In this document: positions 11,932 through 23,966 of the stretch, one piece after another | How the letters are laid out: each line of letters begins with the position of its first letter | How positions within the stretch are numbered: position 1 is the stretch's first letter | Origin: Malacoraja senta | Taxonomy: Eukaryota | Direction of reading: 5' to 3' | NCBI GenBank assembly: GCA_038087875.1 | Contig: CM075995.1 | Location: 2,296,001-2,360,000, forward strand | DNA length: 64,000 nucleotides | Notes under the pieces: generated by a model | The model's input: only the letters and a program-made list of their open reading frames with translations | Database searches by the model: none | What the model was told of the DNA's origin: nothing | Position numbers and translations under genes: made by a program

Positions 11932-14920
11932 CTAGACCACGTGCAGACACGTTGGGTCTGTTTCCCCAACACGCGTTTGCGGGGGGGGGGGGGCTGGTGG
12001 GAATCTGGCACCCACAAACACAAACACACACACTCATCACACCCCTTGATATTATCGAGAGAGGGGTGGGGAGGGGAGGAGAGAGGGATGGGGGAGGGGG
12101 AGAGAGGTGTGGGGAGGGGGGGAGGGTGGGGAGGAGGGAGATGGGGTAGGGGAGTGGGGAGAGAGGGAAGGGGGGTGGGGAGAGAGGGATGGGGTGGGGT
12201 AGGGGAGGGAGGGGGAAGAGCGTGGAGGGAGAGGGAAGGGAGGGGGGAGAGAGATGGGGAAGAGTGTGGAGGAAGGCGGAGAGGGGTAGGGGGGAGAGAG
12301 GAGGAAGAGTGGGGAGGGAGAGGGAAGGTAGGGGGGAGAGGTGTGGGGGAGGGAGATGTGGGGGGGTGGGGGATGGGGGGAGATAAGTGAAGAATGGGGA
12401 GGGAGGGGGAGAGGTGTAGGGGAGTGGTGGAAGTGGGAGAGAGGGAGGGGGAGAGGGTAGGGGAGTGGTGGAAGAGGGACAGAGGGTAGGGGGAAGGGGC
12501 GGGGGGAGAGAGGGAAGGGGGTGGGGAGAGAGGTGTGGGGAGGGGGGGAGGTATGGGGGAGGGAGATGAGGAGGAGATGGCGTAGGGGCGGGAAAAAGAA
12601 GAGTGTGGAGGGAGGGGGAGAGGGGTGGGGGAGAGAGGGAAAGAGTGGGGAGGGAGAGTGGGAGGGGGAGGGGGAGAGAAGTGGAAGAGTGGGGAGGAAG
12701 GGAGGGGGAGAGGGTAGGGAAGGGTGGGGAAGAGAGGGGATGGAGGGGGAAAGGAGGGGAGAGAGAGGGGTGGGGAGGGAGAGGGGTGGGATAAGGGGGT
12801 GAGGTGGAAGAGTGGGGAGGGAGGGGTAGGAGAGTGGTGGAAGAGGGACAGAGGGACAGAGGGGTAGGGGGAAGGGGGCGGGGGGAGAGAGGGAAGGGGG
12901 TGGGGAGAGAGGGATGGGGGTGGGAGGAGAGGGAGATGGAGGGGGAGTAGAGAGGGGTGGGGGAGGGGAGGCGAGAGTTGTGGGGGAGGGGGAATGGAGG
13001 CGAGGAGGAAGATGGGGTAGGGGGTAGAGGGGGAAGAGTGTGGATGGAAGGGAAGAGTGGGAGGGAGAAGGGGTTGGGGGAGAGAGGGAAGGGGTGGGAG
13101 AGGGAAGGTGGGAGAGGGAAGGGGGGTGGGGTAGAGAGGGATGGGGTGGGGGAGGAGAGGGTGAGGAGAGAGGGATGGGGGAGGGGGAGAGAGGGATGGG
13201 GGAGGGGGAGTGAGGTGTGGGGGAGGGGGGAGGGAGGCGAGGAGGGAGATGGGGTAGGGGAGAGAGGGGAAGAGTGTGGAGGGAGGGGGAAGAGTGGGGA
13301 GGGAGAAGGGTGAGGGGTAACGGGATGGGGGTGGGAGGGGTGGGGTGGGGGAGAGAGGGATGGGGGTGGGAGGAGGGGAGGAGAGGGCGAGGGAGATGGA
13401 GAGTGGGAGGAGAGAGGGGTGGGGGAGGGGAGGAGGGAGGGAGGGGGAGTGAGGGAGGAGAGGAGGAGATGGGGTAGGGGGGTGGGGGTGGGGGAAGGGG
13501 GTGGGGAGAGAGGGATAGGGGTGGGGTAGGGGAGGGAGGGGGAAGAGTGTGGAGGGAGAGGGAAGGGAGGGGGAGAGAGAGGGGTGAGGAGGGAGATGGG
13601 GAAGAGTGTGGAGGGAGGGAAGAGGGGTAGGGGGGAGAGAGGGGGAAGAGTGGGGAGGAAGAGAGAAGGGAGGGGGAGAGGGGTGGTGGAGGGAGATGGG
13701 GAGGGGTTGGGGAGATGTGGAAGAATGGGTAGGGAGGGGAGAGGTGTAGGGGTAGTGGTGGAAGTGGGAAAGAGGGAGGGGGAGAGGGGTAGGGGAGTGG
13801 TGGGACAGCGGGGTAGGGGGAAGGGGGCGGGGGAGAGAGGGAAGGGGTGGGGTAGAGAGGGAAGGGGTGGGGGAGAGAGGGAAGGGGGTGGGGAGAGAGG
13901 GTGGGGGAGAGAGGGGTGGGGGTGGGATGAGGAGGGGGAGAGGGGTGAGGAGAGGGAGATGGAGAGGGGGAGGAGAGGGGTGGGGGAGGCGAGGTGAGAG
14001 GGGAGGGGGAGAGAGGTGTGGGGGAGGGGGGAGGGAGGCGAGGAGGGAGATGGGTAGGGGGTAGAGGGGAAGACTGTGGATGGAGGGGAAGAGTGGGGAG
14101 GGGGATGGGGTGGGGGAGTGAGGGAAGGGGGTGGGGGAGGGAAGGGGGGTGGGGGGGAGAGGGAGGGGGTTGGGGAGGGAAGGGGGGAGAGGGAGGTGGT
14201 TGGGGAGAGTGGGATGGGGGTGGGAGGAGGATGGTGAGGAGAGGGAGAGGGTGAGGAGAGGGAGATGGAGAGGGGGAGGAGAGAGGGATGGGGAGGGGAG
14301 AGAGGGATGGGGAGGGAAGAGAGGTGTGGGGTAGCGGGGGAGTGATTGGGAAGGGAGGGGAGGAGGGAGATGGGGTAGGGAGGGAGGAGGAAGAGTGTGG
14401 AGGGAGGGGGAGAGGGGTGGGGGGAGAGAGGGGAAATAGTGGGGAGGGAGAGTGGAAGGGGGAGGGGGAGGGGACAGTCATCTGTTCCCATTCCCTATCA
14501 CCCCCAATCCTCTTTCTCTATTCCACACACGTGATGAGCCCTTCGACAGGCTTGGGGGGTGGGGGGAGGGCTGGGGCTGCTGCAAAGGCATATGTAAATG
14601 GATCCATTCCGATTGGACATCTGTGAGCATTGGGCATTGTGACATCACACGACGGAACCTTCACTAACATTCTATGGCTGAGATCTGTTATTTTTAACAT
14701 TTTGAAATTTTGGGGGTGGGGTGGAGAAGGATTTTATTAAAAACGAGTACATAAACACGACGAGATGTAATCAGGAGTGGCTACTCGTAAAGAAAGTGAA
14801 ACCTCTACCGAAATGGAAAATATCTCGGCGTTTCTGCGTGCGGTGAGGTATCAAAGGCTGGCTGGCACAAGTCAAGCAGACACACACACACACACACACA
14901 CACAGAGTTTTAAAGATAGA
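11932..14920 (-). mobile_element. Non-autonomous Helitron family 1, unit B (carries a 2.4-kb purine tract)
   Basis: 5' TCTATCTTTAAAACTC at 14920; 3' hairpin plus CTAG at 11932-11960. Confidence 0.8.
12058..14475 (+). repeat. G/A-rich low-complexity tract
   Basis: About 2.4 kb of mostly G and A with sparse T, in loosely repeated ggggagagaggg-type units. Confidence 0.95.
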
Positions 14921-15570
<650 letters not shown>

Positions 15571-15638
15571 TATAGTACCTGCCTCAACTACCTCCTTCGG
15601 CAGCTCATTCATATAAGCACCACCCTCCATGTGAAAAT

Positions 15639-16046
15639 CATCAGCGGTCACTCGAAACAAGTATGACTGTTCTCTCACGACACCTGTGTGGAGACTGGTG
15701 ACACAGGACGCCTGTGTGGGAGACTGGTGCACAGTCAGCACCACACGGTCCTTGACAGATCTGGGTCAGAATCCAGTGGCATGGAATCCAAGACGACCAG
15801 AGACCCTTTTCTGCTGCAGCCTTCATCCGCCTTCCCATCCATTGTGACGCTCCACTAAGGTCAGCCATCATCCTCCGCCTGTTCCACCGTTGAGGTCTTG
15901 GTTGGATTGCTATTTGTCACAGACCTCCTCTTGACCTTACCGCCATGGGTGGCCCTACCAGGAGCATAGCTCCAGACGGCATCGCTCTCAGGATCTCAGA
16001 CCACACAAGCTTCTCCACCACGACAAGGTGACAATCCACAGAGAAG
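15639..16046 (-). mobile_element. Short non-autonomous RTE-derived element (~410 bp)
   Basis: Head cttctctgtggattgtcaccttgtcgtggtgg...agggccacccatggcgg resembles RTE/BovB 5'UTRs; (GAT)n tail; 10-bp TSD atgtgaaaat at 15629-15638 and 16047-16056. Confidence 0.7.
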
Positions 16047-16502
16047 ATGTGAAAATATTGCCCCTCAGATTCCTATTAAATCTTCCTCCTCTCATCATAA
16101 ACCTATGTCCTCTGGTTCTTGATTTCCCCTCCACTGTGTAAAGGACTACGAGCATCTACTCTATCTGTTCCCTCATGATCTTATCCACCTTTATAAGATC
16201 ATCTATCATCTCCTGTGCTGCAAGGAATAAAATCCATTCGATGATTTCTATGGTGCAGCTACAAGAATTGGGTAAGAGTCTTAGAAAAAAATTCCCTCTG
16301 ATTAATGAGTGAGGCTATTTTAAGCTCTGTGGAATGAGTAACCCAATGGCACAGAGGCATTGGAGAATCAAGAGAATAGTGAAGTGGTTTAGCCAACTGC
16401 AGTCAATGCACATGCATGGCTGATCTATTTTCCCACTCAACCCCATTCTCCTGCCTTTTGACACCTTTGTTAATCAAGAACCTAAAATAGCAAGTTTTTA
16501 TA

Positions 16503-16825
16503 GGGTGGTTCGGTGGCGCAGCGGTAGAGTTGTTGCCTTACAGCGCTTGCAACGGCGGACACCCGGGTTCGATCCCGACCACAGGTGATGTCTGTACGGA
16601 GTTTGTACGTTCTCCCCATGACGCGTGTGTTTTCTCCAAGATCTTCGGTTTCCTCCCACGTTCCAAAGACGTACAGGTTTATACGTTAATTGGCTTGGTG
16701 TATGGTGTAAATTGTCCCTAGTGTGTGTGGGATAGTGTTAATGTGCGGGGATCGCTGATCGGCACGACTCGGTAGGCCGAAGAGCCTGTTTTTGCGCTGT
16801 ATCTCTAAACTAAACCAAAACTAAA
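16503..16825 (+). mobile_element. tRNA-derived V-SINE (HE1-like)
   Basis: tggcgcagcgg A box, ggttcgatccc B box, V-domain and (taaac)n tail. Confidence 0.85.
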
Positions 16826-17479
16826 AAATGACTTGGCCTCCACTGCCACATATCGCAATGATTCCACAGATTCACCGCCCTCTGGTTAAAGAAATTCCTC
16901 CTCATCTCCATTCTAATAACATTACAGCCTGAGGAAACATAAAAGTGGATACAATTATGAATTTAAACAACAATTGGACAGATGTGTGGATAGAAAGAGT
17001 TTAGAGGGCTATGGGCCAAATGGGGGCAATGAGATTTGCCAATGTGCCAACTTAGTCGACATGGCTCTACAAGGCGCTGGTCAGGCCGCATTTGGAATAT
17101 TGTGACCAATTTTGGCAACATATCTGAGGTAGGGTGTGCTGGCTCTGGAGAGAGTCCAGAGGAGGTTGACAAGAATGATCCCAGGAATGAGTGGGTTAAC
17201 ATTGATGAGCTTTTGTCCGCACTGGCCTGTACTCGCTGAGTTTAGAACAATGAGGGGGAACATTGAAACATACCGAATAGTGAAAGGCTTGGATAAGTGG
17301 ATGTGTAGAGGATGTAGGAGAGTCTAGGACTAGAGGTCATTAGCCTCAGAATTAAAGGATGTTCTATTAGGAAGGAGATGAGGAGGAATTTCTCTTTTGT
17401 CAGAGGGTGGTGAATCCGTGGAATTCTTTGCCACAGAAGGCTTTGGAGGCAAAGTTGGTGGATATTTTTAAGGTAGAGA

Positions 17480-18465
17480 CTAGACTAAGTGGGTCCCTGT
17501 CACACAGGAGGCTTGGTCCCCCAACGCAATATTCCACCACTCACCATAGCCCCCAACTGCACAGGCCACAGCTCATTTCCCTTCATCCCTAGCACTCTCT
17601 CCCCTCCTCTTCACCCTCCCTCTTCTTTCCCCTCTCCTCCTCCCCTCCCCCAATCCCTTCCTCACCTCTCTCTCCCTCTCCTTTCCTCTACCCTCAATCA
17701 CTCCCTCCCTCCCTCCCTCCCTCCCTAACCTCTCTCCTCCCTCCTTCCTCCTCTCCTCTATCCCCTCTCCTCCCCCACTCTCCCTCCCCAGGACCTCGAG
17801 GTTGCTGCTCCTCTCCCTTCTTGCGTGAGCCAGAGGAGAATCAGCCATCGGTGCCCCTAGAGCCAGCCTCGGATCGGCCCGGAAGCACCAGCAAGTACGG
17901 CTGCGCCAGCATGTGGGCAAGGGGGGGGGAGGGGGAGGGACGTGAGGGGGGGAGTGCTCAGAGAAAAGATGGGGGAAGAGCCATGGGGGAGAGGGGGTAT
18001 CACGGGGAGGGGGCAGGAGCCAGCGAGGGGACCAGAGGGGAAGGCTGGAGCTGCGGGGAGTTGCGATTTGAGGTGCTGTTTGGACTCACAGCGGGAACTG
18101 GACACTCTCCTCCGCCGGGATCAGACTCTCCACTTTCTGCTTGCCGACATTTCCGACGCCGGGGCCGCTTCCGGTCCCTCCGGAAATTGGAGACTTCCGC
18201 CGGCATCCTCAGCTCCAGTAAAGACGCGATGGCGCAGGAAGGGGCGGACCGTCCCGCGGAATGACAATCCAAATCCTAAGACGATTTGAACCTTGCTAAC
18301 CTTCACAATAGACCACTGATCCGAACGAAACTTGATGCCTCGCAGCACTGGAGAACGGTGAGTGAGCTGGCGAAAAATCGTAGCGCTATCGCGTATCGTT
18401 TTTACGCAATTAGAAACACCACACAAACCGGAAGAGCACAAGATCAAAGTTTTATTTATAGATAG
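17480..18465 (-). mobile_element. Non-autonomous Helitron family 2, copy A
   Basis: Minus strand starts TCTATAAATAAAACTTTGATCTTGTGCTCTTCCGG and ends ...cacttagtCTAG|T; interrupts a CR1 tail at gaga|tagat; both end regions are shared with 62306-64000. Confidence 0.72.
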
Positions 18466-18549
18466 ATAGATGGATGGATGGATGGATGGATGGATGGATG
18501 GATGGATTGGATGGATGGATGGATGGATGATGGATGGATGGAAGGATGG

Positions 18550-18582
<33 letters not shown>

Positions 18583-18686
18583 AGGATGGATGGATGGATG
18601 GATGGATGGATGGATGAAGATGGATGGATGGATGGATGGATGGATGGATGGATGGATGGATGGATAGATGAGTAGATGGATAGATG

Positions 18687-18753
<67 letters not shown>
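18458..18753. repeat. Compound (GATA)/(GGAT)/(GACA)n microsatellite
   Basis: Read directly from the sequence. Confidence 0.97.
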
Positions 18754-18754
<1 letters not shown>

Positions 18755-19359
18755 CCGTGATTAGTACAGGTGCCATAGGTTATGGGGAGAAGGCAGGAGA
18801 ATGCAGTTAGGAGGGAGAGAAAGAACAGCCATGATTGAATGCGGAGTAGACTTGACAGGCCGAATGGCCTAATTCTACTCCTGTCCCTTATGACCTATGA
18901 CAACCTGACGGATACATTTTATCATGGTGCAGAGTGCATCTCTTTGCAAACAAAATGTCACTAAACAAACATATAAACGGATGCTTAGGAGCACACAATG
19001 TCTTGTCATGCTGCTCACCAAATCAATAATAGCACCGTTGATCTGACTGCAAGCTTGACATCTCAGCAGAATCATTCCCAATCTATCACTCACTTCTAAA
19101 CAGGAGCTGAAACATTACCTACTGCCTGTGAGCTGATAAAAAACTTTCACATCTAACCCACCGCAGAGTTCCTGCCACAGCCATTACTCTTGGCTTCTGA
19201 TTGACTGTTGACTCAAAGCAGCTTAAATATTCAAATTCCTTTGAAGACGGACTGATAAAAAACGTATTCAAAAACATCGGAGCAAAAATGCATTCATGTA
19301 AATTGCACTATACTTCAGTTTTATTGACTTAGACCGTAATGGCAAAGATCTTTGGTAAT

Positions 19360-19647
19360 GGGCCTGTCCCACTTAGGCTTTTTTTTAGGCGACTACCGGT
19401 GACTATCATAGTCGTAGCAGGTCGCCAAAAAAAAGGCGACTGGACCCCACATTCGACATAACATTTGAAATAGAATCATTACTTTAACAACAAAAAAAAA
19501 ACAAATTCAGCACCGGACATAACCTACGTCACCTGGCGACAACCTACGTCACCTGGCGACAACCTACATTAACCTGGTGACAACCTACATTACATGACGA
19601 CAACTATGACAGCACCTGCGTCAGGAGAAGTCAAGCTACGCTCATTG
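19360..19647. mobile_element. PIF/Harbinger-type MITE left end (runs into the gap)
   Basis: taa|tgggcctgtcccacttaggc TIR; internal 21-bp repeats acaacctacgtcacctggcg. Confidence 0.65.
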
Positions 19648-19847
19648 NNNNNNNNNNNNNNNNNNNNNNNNNNNNNNNNNNNNNNNNNNNNNNNNNNNNN
19701 NNNNNNNNNNNNNNNNNNNNNNNNNNNNNNNNNNNNNNNNNNNNNNNNNNNNNNNNNNNNNNNNNNNNNNNNNNNNNNNNNNNNNNNNNNNNNNNNNNNN
19801 NNNNNNNNNNNNNNNNNNNNNNNNNNNNNNNNNNNNNNNNNNNNNNN
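19648..19847. other. Assembly gap (200 N)
   Basis: N run. Confidence 1.
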
Positions 19848-22110
19848 TACCTGTTTTTGCTACCAAAGTGGATAACCTCACATTTATCCACGTTACACTG
19901 CATCTGCCATGCATCTGCCCCACTCACCTAACCTGTGCAAGATCCTCATAGCATCCTCCTCACAGTTCACATTGCCACCCACCCTTGTGTCATTTGCTAA
20001 TTTGCTAATGTTACATGTAATCCCTTCATCTAAATCATTAATATATATTGTAAATAGCTGCAGTCCCAGCACTGAGCCTTGCAGTACCCCACTAGTCACT
20101 GCCTGCCATTCTGAAAGGGACCCATTAATCCCTACTCTTTGTTTCCTCTCTGCCAACCACTTCTCTATCCATGTCAGCACTCTGCCCCCAATACCATGTG
20201 CCCTAATTTTTCCCACTAATCTCCTATGTGGGACCTTATCAAATGCTTTCTGAAAGTCCAGGTACACTACACCCACTGGCGCTCCCTTGTCCATTATCCT
20301 TGTTACATCCTCAAAAAATTCCAGAAGATTAGTCAAGCATGATTTCCCCTTTGTAAATCCATGCTGACTCGGACCGATCCTGTTACTGCTATCCAAATGT
20401 GTGGCTATTTAATCTTTTATGATTGACTCCAGCATCTTCCCCACCACCGATGTCAGGCTAACTGGTCTATAATTCCCTGTTTGCTCTCTCCCGCCCTTCT
20501 TAAAAAGTGGGATAACATTAGCTACCCTCCAATCCATAGGAATTAATCCTGAATCTATTGAACATTGGAAAATTATCACCAATGCGTCCATGATTTCTAG
20601 AGCCACTTCCTTAAGTACCCTGGGATGCAGACCATCAGGCCCTGGGGATTTATCAGTCTTCAGTACCATCAGTCTATCCAACACCATTTCCTGCCTAATG
20701 TGGATTTCCTTCAGTTCCTCCGTCACCCCAGACCCTCTGGCCACTACTATATCAGGAAGATTGTTTGTGTCCTCCTTAGTGAAGACAGGTCCAAAGTAAC
20801 TGTTCAACTGTCATTTCCTTGTTCCCCATAATAAATTCAACCTTTTCAGCCTTCAGGGGTCCAACTTTGGTCTTAACTAATTTCTTCCTCTTCACATACC
20901 TAAAGAAGCTTTTACTATCCTCCTTTATATTCTTGGCTAGCTTACCTTCGTACCTCACCTTTTCTCCCCATGTTGTCTTTTTTAGTTATCTTCTGTTGCT
21001 CTTTAAACTTTACCCAATCCTCTGGCTTCCTGCTCATCTTTGCTACGTTGTATTTCTTCTCTTTTATTTTTATACTGTCCCTGACGTCCCTAGTCAGCCA
21101 CGGTCGCCCCTTACTCCCCTTGGAATATTTCTTCCTCTTTGGAATGGACTGATCCTGCACCTTCTGTATTATTCCCAAAATACCTGCCATTGTTGTTCCA
21201 CTGTCATCCCTGCTAGGGTATCTTTCTCGTCAACTTTGGCCAGTTACTCCCTCATGGCTCCATGGTCCCCTTTATTCAACTGTAATACTTCATCTCAGAT
21301 TTACCCTTCTCCCTATCAAATTGTAGATTAAAACTTACCATATTATGGTCACTACCTCCCAATGGCTCCTTAACCTCAAGTTCCCTTATCAAATCTGGTT
21401 CATTACACAACACTAAATCCAGAATTGCCTGCTCCCTGGTAGGCTCCAGTACAAGCTGCTCTAAGAATCCATCACGGAGGCACTCCACAAACTCGCTTTC
21501 TTGAGGTCCAGTACCAACCTGATTTTCCCAGTCTACCTGCATGTTAAAATCTCCCATAACAACCATAGCATTACCTTTACGACATGCCAATTTTAACTCT
21601 TGATTCAACTTGCACCCTATATCCAGGCTACTGTTTGAGGGGCCTGTAGATAAGTCCCATTAGGGTATTTTTACCCTTACAATTCCTTAGATCTATCCAT
21701 ACTGACTCCAGAACTCCTGTTTCAATGTCACCCCTTGCAAGGGACTGAATTTCATTCCTCACCAACAGAGCTACCCCACCCCCTCTTCCCATCTGTCTGT
21801 CTTTTCGATAGGATGTATATCATTGAATATTCAGTTCCCAGCCCTGGCCCTCTTGCAGCCATGTCTCTGTAATTCCCACAACATCATACTGCCAATTTCT
21901 AACTGAGCCTCAAGCTCGTCCACTTTATTCGCGCATTCATATACAACACTTTGACTTTGGTATTCACCTCCCCTCTCACTCCGGTCCCCATTGGCCCTGA
22001 CCTTACTCTCTTATCCCTTCTCGAACTTTCCTTCCCATTAATTCGGGAGTCTTTTGTAACATTTCCTGTACTCACTTCCCCTTTAACTCCATCTATTATA
22101 CTCCCAATTT
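19848..22110 (-). mobile_element. CR1 LINE ORF2 (APE endonuclease plus RT), disrupted
   Basis: VLYMNAR, VMGDFN, ILDLVL and GGSDHN (APE); KSPGPDG, NYRPVSLTS, QHGF..GKSCLTNL, YLDFQKAFD and QGSVLG (RT), spread across frameshifted ORFs. Confidence 0.93.
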
Positions 22111-22469
22111 GACAATCCTTTGTATGAACTTTGTATGAAAAGGTACAGAACAAATTAGAGACAGCTCCGATGGCTAAAGAGCCCACAGTGGTCCATTGTT
22201 GACAGAGGAGGAGGTGAAAACCAAAAGGACAAGTACAGTGAAACTAGCAAGAAGAGTAGGGTGGGGGTGGAACAGCGAGAGAGGGAATGCAAGGGCCGAA
22301 GGGCCTGTTCTTGTGCTGTCCTGCTCTGTGTTCTTTGCTCCATGTCCACGGTGTTTAATGTCATTGGGAAGTGTCATTAGTTCACTGTTTATTGCAATAA
22401 AAAGAGCATTATTGTTTAATCAAGAAAAGTTAAAAAGTCATATACACTTTCCAGTTATGGCTGAATGTT

Positions 22470-22700
22470 AACCAAATCATACTGCATGTAGGCCTGGATC
22501 GCTTCATTTGCTGAGGAGCTTGAAAAAGGAATTGAACCTTGCGGGAACATCAATGAACATCCCCTATTACAGACATAACGGTGAGAAAGTGATTGAAGCA
22601 GCAGCAAAAATGGTTGAGTCTACGACATTGCCCTGAGGAACTCTTGCAGCAACATCGTGTGTCTGGGATGACTGGTCTTCAACAATCATAACCATCTGCG
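22470..22700 (-). mobile_element. Old, degenerate CR1-group RT fragment
   Basis: Minus strand reads ARVPQGNVVDSTIF, similar to GVPQGSVLGPTIF. Confidence 0.5.
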
Positions 22701-22761
22701 TCTTCCATTTCATCCTCAACAGTAATTCAGCCTGATGTATTCAAGAGAAAGTAAGATAGAG

Positions 22762-22996
22762 CTTAGTTTAGTTTAGTTTAGTTTAGCTTAGTTTAGTTTA
22801 TCTTAATTTAGTTTAGTTTAGTTTAGTTTAGCTTAGTTTAGTTTAGTTTAGTTTAGTTTAGTTTAGTTTAGTTTAGTTTAGTTTAGTTTAGTTTAGTTTA
22901 GCTTAGTTTAGTTTAGTTTAGTTTAGTTTAGTTTAGTTTAGTTTGGTTTAGTTCAGGTTAGATTATTTTAGCTTAGCTTAGTTTAGTTTAGTTTAG
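22762..22996. repeat. (TTTAG)n microsatellite, expanded tail of a Rex1-type element (22980-23390, minus)
   Basis: Run read directly; the adjacent minus strand encodes HISRFRDSFFPAVSRQLN. Confidence 0.9.
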
Positions 22997-23394
22997 ATTT
23001 GTTTATTATTGTCAAGTGGACCATGGTACAGTGAAAAGCTTTTTCGTTACGTGCTATCCAGTCAGCAGAAAGACAATACATGATTACAATCATTCTGTCC
23101 ACAGTGTACAGATGCAGGATAAAGGGAATAACGTTAATTGCAAGTAAAGTCCAGTAAAGTCCGATTAAAGATAGTAAAAGAGGTAGATGGTAGGTCAGGA
23201 CCTCTCTCCAGTTGGTGATAGGATAGTTCAGTTGCCTGCTAACAGCTGGGAAGAAACTGTCCCTGAATCTGGAGATGTGCGTTTCACACTTCTGCACTTC
23301 CTGCCCCAAAGGAGAGGGGAGAAGAGAGAGTGAGTGGGGGTGAGACTGGGCCTTGATTATGCTGCTGGCCTTGCCGAGGCAGCATGAAGTACAG

Positions 23395-23966
23395 ATAGAC
23401 AATAGACAATAGGTGCAGGAGTAGGCCATTTGGACCTTCGAATAATTCAATATGATCATGGCTGATCATCCCCAATCAGTACCCTGTTCTGCCTTCTCCC
23501 ATATCCCCTGACTCCGCTGTCTTTAAGAGCCCTATCTAGCTCTCTCTTGAAAGTGTCCAGAGAACCGGCCTCCAACGCCCTCTGAGGCAGAGAATGCCAC
23601 AGACTCACAACTCTCTGTGAGAAAAAGTGTTTCCTCGTCTCCGTTCTAAAAAGCTTACCCCTTATTCTTAAACTGTGGCCCCTGGTTCTGGATTCCCCAA
23701 CATCAGGAACATGTTTCCTGCCTCTAGCATGTCAATCCTTAATAATCTTATATGTTTCAATAAGATTCCCTCTCATCCTTCTAAACTCCAGAGTGTACAA
23801 TCCCAGCTGCTCCATTCTCTCAGCATATGACAGTCCCGCCATCCCGGGAATGAACCTTGTAAACCTACGCTGCACTCCCTCAATAGCAAGAATGTCCTTC
23901 CTCAAAATAGGGGACCACAACTGCACACAATACTCCAGGTGTGGTCTCACTAAGGCCCTATACAAC
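23395..23966 (-). mobile_element. CR1 LINE 3' fragment
   Basis: LYRALVRPHLEYCVQLWSP...RMRGNLIETYKI plus (tctattg)n tail. Confidence 0.88.

Noticed and set aside
11876..14491. 871-aa and 809-aa Pro/Ser/Leu-rich ORFs and the opposite-strand Gly/Arg/Glu ORFs
   Set aside because: Artefacts of a G/A low-complexity tract that lacks stop codons in several frames
16503..16590. tRNA-like sequences at SINE heads
   Set aside because: A/B boxes run directly into V-domain SINE bodies; not standalone tRNA genes
18456..18776. MDGW/SIHP repeat ORFs (also 62134-62691 and 15313-15744)
   Set aside because: Translations of tetranucleotide microsatellites
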